A DNA stretch of 64,000 nucleotides from an uncultured Dehalococcoidia bacterium (GTDB lineage Bacteria > Chloroflexota > Dehalococcoidia > DSTF01 > JACRBR01). The notes below the pieces were generated by a model. The model saw only the letters and a program-made list of their open reading frames with translations, was not told where the DNA came from and searched no databases. Position 1 is the first letter of the stretch. Every line of letters starts with the position of its first letter. Location: contig CAYJMJ010000009.1 in the NCBI GenBank assembly GCA_964371095.1, forward strand, positions 3,156-67,155, given 5' to 3'. This document shows positions 29,954-38,744 of the stretch, piece after piece. Both the position numbers and the translations under genes were made by a program.

Positions 29954-30310
29954 CTACGTCTTCACGAATCGCTCGACATCGACGACGAAGACGATCGCGC
30001 CGCCCACGCGCACCTCGATCGGCTCCTGGAGCACGGAGCCCTCGCCGAAGAACGGCAGCGTCTGGACCGGGACGTACTCGGTGCGGGCGTAGCACTCGCT
30101 GCGCACCATCGCGATGATGCCGTCGACCTCGTTGGCCTCGACGCCGGAGAGAATCGTGGCGTTGCCCTTGCGGAGGAAGCCGCCGGTGCTGCTGACCTTC
30201 GTCGCGGGGTATCCCTGCTCGACGAGTTTCCGGGTGAGCTTTTCGGCGTCGGGGTCGGACGCGATGATGATGACGAGCTTGAGCTGACCCTGTTCCTGGC
30301 CGTCGTTCAC
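29954..30310 (-). CDS. darA: PII-like cyclic-di-AMP receptor protein (DarA/PstA family, DUF970)
   Basis: LKLVIIIASDPDAEKLTRKLVEQGYPATKVSSTGGFLRKGNATILSGVEANEVDGIIAMVRSE...VRVGGAIVFVVDVERFV aligns well with B. subtilis DarA (…ATKLATTGGFLRAGNTTFLCGV…VGGATVFVMPV…). GTG start at 30310 preceded by GAGGGAGG. Confidence 0.75.
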   Translation of the reverse strand: MNDGQEQGQLKLVIIIASDPDAEKLTRKLVEQGYPATKVSSTGGFLRKGNATILSGVEANEVDGIIAMVRSECYARTEYVPVQTLPFFGEGSVLQEPIEVRVGGAIVFVVDVERFVKT

Positions 30311-30464
30311 TGCGCCTCCCTCGTTCGCGCCCTGCGGCATCGTATGGCCGTGCGTGCGGCCTGTCAACGACGGCGAACGCGCGCGGGGTGGGTTCTAGGC
30401 GGCGCGGCCGGTACCCTGTCGCATCATCCGCGAGTCATCGCCCAACCAGGGCGGGAGGTTCACC

Positions 30465-31808
30465 TTGAGCGACGAGACCGCCGAACTGAAGCCGAATACC
30501 GACATGGAAACGCTGGTCTCGCTGTGCAAGCGGCGCGGATTCGTCTTTCAGAGCAGCGAGATCTACGGCGGCCTTCAGGGCGCCTGGGATTACGGCCCGC
30601 TCGGCGTCGAGATGACGAACAACATCAAGCGCGCCTGGTGGCGGGCGATGGTGCAGGAGCGCGACGACATCGCCGGCATCGACGCCTCGATCCTGATGCA
30701 CCCGGATGTCTGGCGCGCGAGCGGTCACGTCGAGACATTCACGGACCCGATGGTCGACTGCCGCAACTGCCAGGGCCGTTTCCGAGCCGACGAGTTGGAC
30801 ACCGACGTCTGCCCGACGTGCGGCCAGCGCGGCCAGTTCACCGAGCCGCGCATGTTCAACCTCATGCTGCAAACCTTCCTGGGGCCGGTGGAGAATGACG
30901 CGGCCCGGGTCTACCTGCGGCCGGAAACCGCGCAGGGCATCTTCGTCAACTTCGAGAACGTGCAGGCAACGACGCGCAAGAAGCTTCCGTTCGGCATCGC
31001 GCAGATCGGCAAGTCCTTCCGCAACGAGATCACGCCGCGCAACTTCATCTTCCGGGTGCGCGAACTCGAGCAGATGGAGATGGAGTACTTTTGCCGGCCC
31101 GAGGACTCCGTTCGCCTGCACGGGGAGTGGATCGAAGAGCGCCGGCGCTGGTACGAGCGCTTCGGGATGAACATGGAGCGGCTGCGCGTGCGCCCGCACG
31201 AGAAAGAAGAGCTGTCACACTATTCGCAGGCGACGTCGGACTTCGAGTACCTGTTCCCGATCGGCTGGGCCGAGTTGGAAGGCGTGGCGCATCGCGGCGA
31301 TTTCGACCTGACGCAGCACGCGAAGCACAGCGGCAAGGCGTTGACCTACTTCGACGAGGAGCGCGGCGAGCACATCGTGCCGCATGTCGTCGAGCCGGCG
31401 CTCGGCGTCGGCCGCTGCATGCTGGCGTTCCTCGCCGATGCGTACGACGAGGAGACCGACGAGAAGGGCGAGAAGCGCGTCGTGCTGCACCTTCACCCCG
31501 CCATCGCGCCCATCAAGGTGGCGGTACTGCCGCTCAGCCGCAACGAGAAGCTGACGCCGACCGCGCGCGACGTGCACGCCCGCCTCCGCAAGCACTGGAT
31601 GACCCAGTACGACGACGCGCAGAGCATCGGCCGGCGCTACCGGCGGCAGGACGAGATCGGCACGCCGCTGTGCGTGACGGTCGACTTCCAGACCGTCGAA
31701 GAGGACCAGGCGGTGACGATCCGTGAGCGCGACAGCATGGCGCAGGTCCGCGTGCCCATCGAGGGGCTCGTGGCGGCCCTGCGTGACCGGCTGACCGACG
31801 TGGGGTAG
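30465..31808 (+). CDS. glyQS: Glycine--tRNA ligase (dimeric alpha2 class II type)
   Basis: ...LVSLCKRRGFVFQSSEIYGGLQGAWDYGPLGVEM..., strongly similar to Thermus-type GlyRS throughout. TTG start with GGGAGG RBS. Confidence 0.9.
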   Translation: MSDETAELKPNTDMETLVSLCKRRGFVFQSSEIYGGLQGAWDYGPLGVEMTNNIKRAWWRAMVQERDDIAGIDASILMHPDVWRASGHVETFTDPMVDCRNCQGRFRADELDTDVCPTCGQRGQFTEPRMFNLMLQTFLGPVENDAARVYLRPETAQGIFVNFENVQATTRKKLPFGIAQIGKSFRNEITPRNFIFRVRELEQMEMEYFCRPEDSVRLHGEWIEERRRWYERFGMNMERLRVRPHEKEELSHYSQATSDFEYLFPIGWAELEGVAHRGDFDLTQHAKHSGKALTYFDEERGEHIVPHVVEPALGVGRCMLAFLADAYDEETDEKGEKRVVLHLHPAIAPIKVAVLPLSRNEKLTPTARDVHARLRKHWMTQYDDAQSIGRRYRRQDEIGTPLCVTVDFQTVEEDQAVTIRERDSMAQVRVPIEGLVAALRDRLTDVG

Positions 31809-31813
31809 CAATC

Positions 31814-32581
31814 GTGGTGCTGGCGGCTTCCTCCAACACGCCTGACACCTGGACGTTCGTTCGGATCGTCTTCGACGGTTTGACGATCATGGCGGTGCCG
31901 CTTGCCCTTATGGCCGCCTTCCTTGGCGCGTTGTTCGCCGCAAAGCTGGCATACGCCGTATTCCGGCGCATCCGTCTGACGCGGTCCGGCATGCTCGATA
32001 TCGACCGCATGGACGGGCGTGTCTTCGAGGAGTATCTCGATGTGATGTTCGCACGCCTCGGCTATCGCGTGGTACGGACTCGGTTCTCCGGCGACTTCGG
32101 CGGCGATCTCGTGCTGTCGAAGAACGGTGTTCGCACGGTGGTTCAGGCGAAGCGGTGGACGAAGAATGTGGGCGTGCGTGCCGTGCAGGAAGCCGTCGCC
32201 GCCAAGGGGCAGTACGACTGCAGCGAGGCCATGGTGGTCTCGAACAGCTACTACACGAAGCAAGCCGTACAGCTTGCGCGGAAGAACCACGTCGCCCTGT
32301 GGGATCGAAACGAATTGGCGTCGAAGCTCCTGCGGAGCAAAGCGAAAGAGTCGCTGGAGCGCGACGAGATCGAGGAGGAGGCGCCGCGGCTAGCGCCCGC
32401 GGCGCTAGCTATTGAGCGCCCGGCAGGCGAGATCAGCGGATCGGTGAAGTCTGAAGACGTCTGCGCCAACTGCGGTAAGTCGGTGTCCGTCGCCGTTCGC
32501 GACTATTGCACGTCCCACGCAACCCGGTTCGGCGGCCGGCTCCTTTGTTTCGAACATCAACGAGGCAACACCCAGCCGTAG
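31814..32581 (+). CDS. Membrane-anchored Mrr-cat (PD-(D/E)xK) restriction-endonuclease-like protein with C-terminal zinc ribbon
   Basis: N-terminal TM (AVPLALMAAFLGALFAAKLA). ...FEEYLDVMFARLGYRV...GDFGGDLVLSKNGVRTVVQAKRW is the Mrr_cat core. C-terminal CANCGKS...CFEHQ. Confidence 0.72.
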   Translation: MVLAASSNTPDTWTFVRIVFDGLTIMAVPLALMAAFLGALFAAKLAYAVFRRIRLTRSGMLDIDRMDGRVFEEYLDVMFARLGYRVVRTRFSGDFGGDLVLSKNGVRTVVQAKRWTKNVGVRAVQEAVAAKGQYDCSEAMVVSNSYYTKQAVQLARKNHVALWDRNELASKLLRSKAKESLERDEIEEEAPRLAPAALAIERPAGEISGSVKSEDVCANCGKSVSVAVRDYCTSHATRFGGRLLCFEHQRGNTQP

Positions 32582-32624
32582 ACGCTCCTGACCCTTCACC
32601 GCCCGCGATGCACAACTTGGTCTC

Positions 32625-32852
32625 TTACCCCAGCGCGATGCCGCAGTGCCCGCAGTGCTTCGCGCCGGCTGGCGGGAGCGGGACGCCGCAGCCTGGGCAT
32701 TCGGTGGCGAGGCGGGTGTCGCAGTGCGCGCAGAACTGCCAGTCGGGCTGCAGCTTGCCCCGGCATTTCGTGCATTCGCCGTCGAGCGTGCGGAACGCGA
32801 GCGCGATGCGCTCCAGATGCTGCCATTTCTCTTCGGGAGCCTGGTCGGTCAT
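32625..32852 (-). CDS. Small double zinc-ribbon protein (about 75 aa)
   Basis: CTKCRGKL...CAHCDTRL...CPGCGVPL...CGHCG: four CxxC pairs. Start at internal ATG 32852. Confidence 0.5.
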   Translation of the reverse strand: MTDQAPEEKWQHLERIALAFRTLDGECTKCRGKLQPDWQFCAHCDTRLATECPGCGVPLPPAGAKHCGHCGIALG

Positions 32853-32960
32853 GGTCGCTCCTCCTGCCGTGGTTCCACTGACAGCATCGCACAACCGGCA
32901 GCACGGATGATAGGGGCCGCGGCGTCGCTCCCGCGGCACGGGCGCGGCGCGCGTGCCCGG

Positions 32961-34286
32961 TCAGTCCGACCGGCCGAGGACGCCGGCGGCCCGCAGCGCG
33001 GCGATGCGCTCCTCGTCGTAGCCCAGCTCGCGGAGCACGTCCTCCGTGTGCTCGCCGAGCGTCGGCGACGGGCCCTGCACCTCGAGCGGCGTCTCGCTCA
33101 TCTGGATCATCGGCCCGTGCATGCGCACCGGACCCATGATCGGGTGATCCACCGTCGTGACGAAGTCGTTCTCGAGCACCTGCGGGTCTTCGAGCAGTTC
33201 CTCCGTGAACTTCAGGGGCCCCGCGGGCACGCCTGCGCCGTCGAGCACGCGCAGCCACTCGCCGGTGGTCCGGGCGATGAAGATCGCCTCGGCGCGTGCG
33301 ACGAGATCCGCGCCGAACGCCTGCACCTCCGGGTCGTTGGGGTCGGCGTCCTCCGGCGGCCGGCCGACGCGCCAGTCGTCGAGCCCGATCGCGCCGAGCA
33401 GCTTGCGCCGCAGCGGATTGCTGAGGCAGCCGACGGCGACGAATCCGTCGGCGGTCTTGTAGCAGCGATAGTAGATGTTGCCGACGACGGGCCGCACGCG
33501 CGCCATCACTTCGACCTGCTCTTTGTACGCGCCGCCGTTCTGCCTCATCGCATGCACCCGCGCGAGTGCGTCGGCACGCTGCTCCGAGTCGGTCGCCTCG
33601 ATCGACATGAAGCGCGTGTTCTGGATCGCGAGCGCGCTCGCCATCAGCGTGGTGCTGATGCACTGGCCGTGGCCGCGGCGCTCGCGCGCGTACAGCGCCG
33701 CGCAGATGCCCCAGGCGATCGCGATGCCCGTCGAGAGGTCCGCCGAGGGCAGCGTGTTGACGAGCGGCACGCCGTTCTCCTGCTTCCCCTCGACCGACAT
33801 GAGGCCGGTGACGGCCTGGGCGATCAAGTCGTATCCTGGCCGGTGCGAAAACGGGCCGCGGCGTCCGAATGCCGTGTTGTCGCAGTAGATGAGGCGCGGG
33901 TTCGCCGCGGAGAGCGTCGGGTAGTCGATGCCGAGCTTGGCGGCGACATCGGGCCGGTAGTTGATGATCACGACGTCGGACTGCGCCGACAGGCGCTGGG
34001 CGATCTCGCGGCCCTCGGGCGCCGTCAGGTCGAGCGTGATGCCGCGCTTGCCGCGGTTGAGCGAGATGTAGCCGCGGCCCTCGCGCATGCCGAGGGGCTG
34101 GTAGCCGCGCCACGGGTCGCCGGCGGGCGGCTCCACCTTGATGACCTCGGCGCCCATGTCGGAGAGCATCATGCCGCCGAACGGCGCGGCGATGATCTCG
34201 GAGAACTCCAGCACCTTGATGCCGGCCAGCGGTCCGGTGTGGCCCTGCGCGGTCATGCTCACCTCGTTTGCTCGATCCGCAAGCAT
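32961..34286 (-). CDS. Family III CoA-transferase (CaiB/BaiF/formyl-CoA transferase-like)
   Basis: ...GIKVLEFSEIIAAPFGGMMLSDMGAEVIKVEPP...GDPWRG..., the characteristic N-terminal motif; about 430 aa. Confidence 0.85.
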   Translation of the reverse strand: MLADRANEVSMTAQGHTGPLAGIKVLEFSEIIAAPFGGMMLSDMGAEVIKVEPPAGDPWRGYQPLGMREGRGYISLNRGKRGITLDLTAPEGREIAQRLSAQSDVVIINYRPDVAAKLGIDYPTLSAANPRLIYCDNTAFGRRGPFSHRPGYDLIAQAVTGLMSVEGKQENGVPLVNTLPSADLSTGIAIAWGICAALYARERRGHGQCISTTLMASALAIQNTRFMSIEATDSEQRADALARVHAMRQNGGAYKEQVEVMARVRPVVGNIYYRCYKTADGFVAVGCLSNPLRRKLLGAIGLDDWRVGRPPEDADPNDPEVQAFGADLVARAEAIFIARTTGEWLRVLDGAGVPAGPLKFTEELLEDPQVLENDFVTTVDHPIMGPVRMHGPMIQMSETPLEVQGPSPTLGEHTEDVLRELGYDEERIAALRAAGVLGRSD

Positions 34287-34342
34287 CGGACGGATAGCGC
34301 ACAGTATAGGGCCGCGAGGCCACGGAATGAACCCGGCGCGGC

Positions 34343-34768
34343 CTAGACTCGCTTTTCCATCGCAATGTGGGGGATGCCGACCTCGTCGTAGACGTCGCCA
34401 GCCGCCGCGTAGCCGAGGCGCTCGTAGAATCCGCGCGCGTGGAGTTGGGCGCTCAGCTTGAAGTGGCGAACGCCCCGCGCCGCGCCCTCGCGCTCGAGGA
34501 CATCGAGCACGTGCGCTCCAACGCCCCTCCCCCGATGCGGCGCCAGCACCGCCATGCGGCCGATCTTCGCGTAGCCGGCGTCGAGGAGCAGCCGGCCGGC
34601 GCCGACCGGCACACCATCATCGTAGGCGACGCAGTGCACGGCGGCCGCGTCGAGTTCGTCGAGTTCCTCGCTGCGGGGGATCCCCTGCTCGTCCACGAAG
34701 ACGGCGATGCGGACAGCGAACGCATCGTCGATCTGACGCGGCGTCCGCGCGATGACGGCTTCGATCAT
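34343..34768 (-). CDS. GNAT-family N-acetyltransferase
   Basis: ...VHCVAYDDGVPVGAGRLL...IGRMAVLAPHRGRGVGAHVL..., GNAT motifs A and B. ATGA overlap with the upstream methyltransferase stop. Confidence 0.75.
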   Translation of the reverse strand: MIEAVIARTPRQIDDAFAVRIAVFVDEQGIPRSEELDELDAAAVHCVAYDDGVPVGAGRLLLDAGYAKIGRMAVLAPHRGRGVGAHVLDVLEREGAARGVRHFKLSAQLHARGFYERLGYAAAGDVYDEVGIPHIAMEKRV

Positions 34769-35388
34769 CGAGCCTGTGTCACGCGCGCGGTGCCGGCGAT
34801 CACGGGCATCCACGGCGCCGTCTTCAGGTGCTGCAGTTCGACCATCTCGAAGCCGGCCGCCTCGATCGCCGCCTCGGTCCGGCGGTTGACGTTGCAGCCC
34901 GCGCTGATCCAGCCCCACGCCGGCTGAATGACGTCATGCACGCGACCGAGGGCGCCGTCCGCGCGCACGTGCTCGATGAACACGAACTGCCCGCCCGGGC
35001 GCAGCACCCGGCGGATCTCGGCGAGCGAGGCCGCCAGGTCGTCGACCGTGCAGAGCACGAGCGTCGAGACCACGGCGTCGAACGAGGCGTCCGCGACCGG
35101 GAGCGCCTCGGCGGGCGCCTGCCGAAACTCCACGTTCGGCACGCTCGACGCGGCGAGCCGCGCCTGCGCGCGCTTGAGCATATGGGGGTCCGGCTCGAGC
35201 GCGATGACGCGCGCTCCGGGGCCGTAGTGGGCGATGTTCGCCCCCGTACCGGCGCCGATTTCGAGCACGTCGCCCTTCAGGCCGGCCAGCAGCCGGCGGC
35301 GCAGCGGCCCGACGCGGCGCTCGCCGGCCTGCATCATCCTGTCGTAAATGGCAGCGAACCAGCGATGGCCGCGTTCCGTTTCGGACAT
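34765..35388 (-). CDS. Class I SAM-dependent methyltransferase (type 11)
   Basis: ...GDVLEIGAGTGANI...LRPGGQFVFIEH... Confidence 0.8.
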   Translation of the reverse strand: MSETERGHRWFAAIYDRMMQAGERRVGPLRRRLLAGLKGDVLEIGAGTGANIAHYGPGARVIALEPDPHMLKRAQARLAASSVPNVEFRQAPAEALPVADASFDAVVSTLVLCTVDDLAASLAEIRRVLRPGGQFVFIEHVRADGALGRVHDVIQPAWGWISAGCNVNRRTEAAIEAAGFEMVELQHLKTAPWMPVIAGTARVTQAR

Positions 35389-35472
35389 GCAACCATCCTA
35401 CGCGATCGCCCCCGGCCCTGCGACCGGATGGACCTGGGCGGCTTTGCCGCAGCCCCCTACGCCCTTGCCCGA

Positions 35473-35502
35473 TTGCCCGGCGCGCGAGGCGCTCGCTACA
35501 CT
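35473..35502 (+). promoter_or_regulatory. Candidate leaderless promoter for hpf: -35 TTGCCC (35473-35478), 18-nt spacer, -10 TACACT (35497-35502), 7 nt before the ATG
   Basis: TACACT hexamer positioned so that the TSS would coincide with the hpf ATG at 35510. Weak -35. Confidence 0.3.
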
Positions 35503-35509
35503 CGCGGCT

Positions 35510-36091
35510 ATGAAACTGACCATCCGCACCCACAACACGTCGGCCTTCAACGACTTCCACGAGCACGCCGAGAAGCGCCTGGGGCGGCTCGAGCACCTCC
35601 TCCCACGCGTCGACGACATCGTCGTCGAGGTCGGGCACGAGGAGACGCGCCAGGCGGCGCACCGGTACGCGGTGCAGGTCACCATTTACGCCGGCTCCTC
35701 GATCCTCCGGGCCGAGGAGCGCAGCGCCGACCCCCGCGTCGCCCTCGACGTCGCCGCGGAGGTGCTGGCTCGGCAGGCGCGGCGGCACAAGAAGCGGCTC
35801 CGCGACCGGAATCACGCCAGCGTCACCAAGGAGGCGGCGGCCGCGGCACTCAACGCCGCTCCGGCCACGCTCGATCCTGCCGACGCGGACGTCGACGAGT
35901 ACGTGCTCGGGAAAGTCGTGCGCGCCAAGCACTTCGAGGCGAAGCCGATGTCACAGGAAGAGGCGCTGGCCCAGATGGACCTCATCGGCCACGACTTCTT
36001 CCTGTTCCTGGATGCGGCCTCGAACGACTACGCGCTGCTCTACAAGCGCAAGGACGGCGACTATGGCCTCCTCGCGCCGAGACGAGGGTGA
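35510..36091 (+). CDS. hpf: Ribosome hibernation promoting factor, long form (HPF)
   Basis: MKLTIRTHNTSAFNDFHEHAEKRLGRLEH...HRYAVQVTI... N-domain, plus the C-terminal dimerisation domain (...EAKPMSQEEALAQMDLIGHDFFLFLDAASNDYALLYKRKDGDYGLL). Confidence 0.85.
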   Translation: MKLTIRTHNTSAFNDFHEHAEKRLGRLEHLLPRVDDIVVEVGHEETRQAAHRYAVQVTIYAGSSILRAEERSADPRVALDVAAEVLARQARRHKKRLRDRNHASVTKEAAAAALNAAPATLDPADADVDEYVLGKVVRAKHFEAKPMSQEEALAQMDLIGHDFFLFLDAASNDYALLYKRKDGDYGLLAPRRG

Positions 36092-36110
36092 GCGGCGGCG
36101 GAGCCGCCGC
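36092..36110 (+). terminator. GC hairpin GCGGCGGC-GGA-GCCGCCGC immediately after the hpf stop, followed by a CAACAAAGAGCAAACAGCAAGCAGCAAAGC low-complexity tract
   Basis: Perfect 8-bp stem directly abutting TGA (36089-36091). No U-tract; typical of the I-shaped hairpins seen repeatedly in this window. Confidence 0.4.
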
Positions 36111-36183
36111 ACAACAAAGAGCAAACAGCAAGCAGCAAAGCGGAGTGGCCGCGCCAGCAGACGCTGCCGAAGCCGCCGACTGC

Positions 36184-36942
36184 CTACCGGAACATGTCCC
36201 GTTCCGCGGGGCGGATGAGCTGCGACGTGGCCGCGGCCTCGTCCGACGTGTAATCCGCGCCGCGGATGATGGCGACGGGCACGCGCGCCAGCTTGCCGTG
36301 CACCAGCTCGGCGGCGGCGGCCAGCTCGTCGGCGACGGCCATCTGCGTCACCTTCAGCTCGTAGCCTGCCGGGTCGCGCCGGCCGGCGTAGTCGATGAGC
36401 GGCGCGATGCCGGCGACGCCGATCGCGAAGTTCACGTGCCCCTCGCGCCACGGGCGGCCGAACGTGTCCGAGACGATTACCGCGACCTCGACGCCGAGCG
36501 CCTGCCGGACGCGGTCGCGGATGCGCGCGGCGGACGCGTCGGGGTCGACCGGCAGCAGGCAGACCGTGCCGCTCTTCTCGACGTTCGACGCGTCGACGCC
36601 GGCGTTCGCGCAGACGAAGCCGTGGCGCGTCTCGCAGATCAGCACGCCGTGCTCCATGCGGACGATGCGCTTCGTCTCGCCGAGCACCACTTCGATCTGG
36701 CGCGCGTCCTTGTCCCACGCGGCCGCGTACCGCTGCGCGAACGGCGACGGCGTCACGCTCGCAAGATCGACGATCCGGCCCTCGGCCTTCGACACGATCT
36801 TCTGCGTGACGACGAGCACGTCGCGCGCCTCGATGGACGCGCCGGAGGCGCGCGCCGCCTCGACGATCAGCGCCGGCAGGTCGTCGCCCTTCCGCACCTC
36901 CGGGATGCCGCCGAGGCCGATGATGCGGACCTCGCCGCTCAC
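36184..36942 (-). CDS. cofE: Coenzyme F420-0:L-glutamate ligase
   Basis: ...VLVVTQKIVSKAEGRIVDL...ICETRHGFVCANAGVDASNV...VIVSDTFGRPWREG... GTG start overlaps the fno stop (GTGA). Confidence 0.8.
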   Translation of the reverse strand: MSGEVRIIGLGGIPEVRKGDDLPALIVEAARASGASIEARDVLVVTQKIVSKAEGRIVDLASVTPSPFAQRYAAAWDKDARQIEVVLGETKRIVRMEHGVLICETRHGFVCANAGVDASNVEKSGTVCLLPVDPDASAARIRDRVRQALGVEVAVIVSDTFGRPWREGHVNFAIGVAGIAPLIDYAGRRDPAGYELKVTQMAVADELAAAAELVHGKLARVPVAIIRGADYTSDEAAATSQLIRPAERDMFR

Positions 36943-37589
36943 GCGATCCCCGCGATGCGGATGCCGGCCTGCGTCTTGTAGTTGCGGTTGATGCTGACCA
37001 GCAGCACGGTGATGCCTTCGACCATCTGGGCGTTGGCCAGCGCGCCGCCATCGACGCCGCGCACGCCCTCGATGTCCGCCGCGAGCGCCATGATGCGCTG
37101 TTTCGCGGCCGCGTTGCCGGCGCACACGACCACGTCGGCTTCGAGCGGGCCGCCCTTGAGCAGCTTCTTCGCACTCAGGTTCTGGAACGCCGCGACGACC
37201 GTCGCTCCCGGCAGCAGCGCCTCCTCCTGCTGCGCGGCCGAGCCCTCCGGCACGCTCAGAAGCGAGGCGCGTCCGCCCTCGAACGCCATCGGCACCACGG
37301 TGCTCACGACGATTTTGCCGGCGAGCGCGCCGGCCAGCGGCGGAAGCGTCGCGGCCTGGGCGGCGTACGGCGTCGTCACCACGACGATCTCGCCGGCCGC
37401 CGCCGCGTCCGCGTTGGTCGCGGCGGTGATCGCGAGCGCGGCGTCCTTCTCGAGCAGCTCGGCGACGGTGCCCTGCGCCTTCTCGATGTTGCGGGAGCCT
37501 ATCACGCAGGCGTGGCCCGCCTTCGCGAAGCGGTACGCCAACCCCATCCCCTCTTCGCCCGTCCCGCCGATGAATCCGATCGTCGTCAT
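36939..37589 (-). CDS. npdG: NADPH-dependent F420 reductase (F420H2:NADP+ oxidoreductase)
   Basis: MTTIGFIGGTGEEGMGLAYRFAKAGHACVIGSRN... NADP Rossmann fold; 216 aa; coupled to cofE. Confidence 0.78.
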   Translation of the reverse strand: MTTIGFIGGTGEEGMGLAYRFAKAGHACVIGSRNIEKAQGTVAELLEKDAALAITAATNADAAAAGEIVVVTTPYAAQAATLPPLAGALAGKIVVSTVVPMAFEGGRASLLSVPEGSAAQQEEALLPGATVVAAFQNLSAKKLLKGGPLEADVVVCAGNAAAKQRIMALAADIEGVRGVDGGALANAQMVEGITVLLVSINRNYKTQAGIRIAGIA

Positions 37590-37693
37590 TCCGCGCTCCA
37601 GTCACGTGATCCGCGTCGCGCTCATTATGTGCGCCGAACCGGCTGGCCGCGAGGCGGCACCACCAGTCACCAGTCACCAGCGACCAACGACCG

Positions 37694-38475
37694 TCAATGC
37701 ATTTCCGTGCCGCCGTTGACGTTGAGCGCGATGCCGGTGATGTTCTCCGCCTTGCAGAGGAAGACGACGGCCTGGCCCATGTCGGCGGCGCTCTGCGGGC
37801 GCCCCAGCGGCACGCGCTGCTGGATGAACGCGGCGAACGCCTCCGGACCCGAGACGCCGCTCATCGCGCCGATCGCCGGCGCCAGGATGTCGCGCCACAT
37901 GTGCGTGTCCACCTCGCCGGGACAGATCGCGTTGACGGTGACGTTCGATCCGGCCATCTCGTGCGCCAGCGACTGCGTGAAGCCGATGACGCCGAACTTC
38001 GACGTGCTGTAGGCGGACGTCAGCGGGTTGCCGCGCTTCCCGGCGATCGACGACAGGTTGATGATCGCGCCGGTCTTCCGCTGCATCATGTGGCCCGCGA
38101 CGGCCTTCGAGCAGAGGAACGTGCCCTTGAGGTTGACGTCGATCACGAGGTCCCAGTCTTCCTCGGCAAACGCCACGACCGGCCCGATGCGGATGACGCC
38201 GGCGTTGTTGACGAGGATGTCGACCTGCCCCCATTTGTCGATCGCCGAGTGCACCATCGCCTGGCACTGGGCGAAGTCGCGCACGTCGACGTCGATGGCG
38301 ATCGCGTCGGAGCCGAGGCGCTTGATCTCCGCGATCGTCTCGTCGCGGTCGGCGGACGTGACCGGCAGGTCCGCTATGGCGATGCGCACGCCTTCCTTCG
38401 CAAGCTCGTAGGCGATGCCGCGGCCGATGCCGCGCGCGCCGCCGGTGACGATGGCGACCGTGTTCTTGAGTTCCA
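37694..38475 (-). CDS. SDR-family oxidoreductase
   Basis: MELKNTVAIVTGGARGIGRGIA...NNAGV...YSTSKFGVIGFTQ. The tracked ORF start at 38641 is an extension into the divergent intergenic region. Confidence 0.85.
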
Positions 38476-38744
38476 TACCTTGCCCCTTCCACACATCTGG
38501 TGCGCGCGAGTACGGGGATTGTGCGCCACCGGACGCGCAGGGCAAAGAGCCGAATGCAGCAGGCCGAGTGACCAGCGGGGCACCGAGTCCGGCGCTTGAC
38601 GGCTTACTCGGACAACGCGCAGAATGCGTCCATCGAGGCAAGCGAAGAAGGTGAACGGGTTCGCCCCGGTCGCCTGACGCTGGCAGGGATCCCCCTGCCG
38701 AAGTCAGGCAGGCGGGGCGTTCTTATCGCCTTCGGAGGTGCGCC

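Noticed and set aside
36184-37677. 497-aa minus-strand ORF
   Set aside because: Fusion of cofE (starts at GTG 36942) with an out-of-frame stretch over fno. The Gly/Arg-rich N-terminal 245 aa has no protein character.
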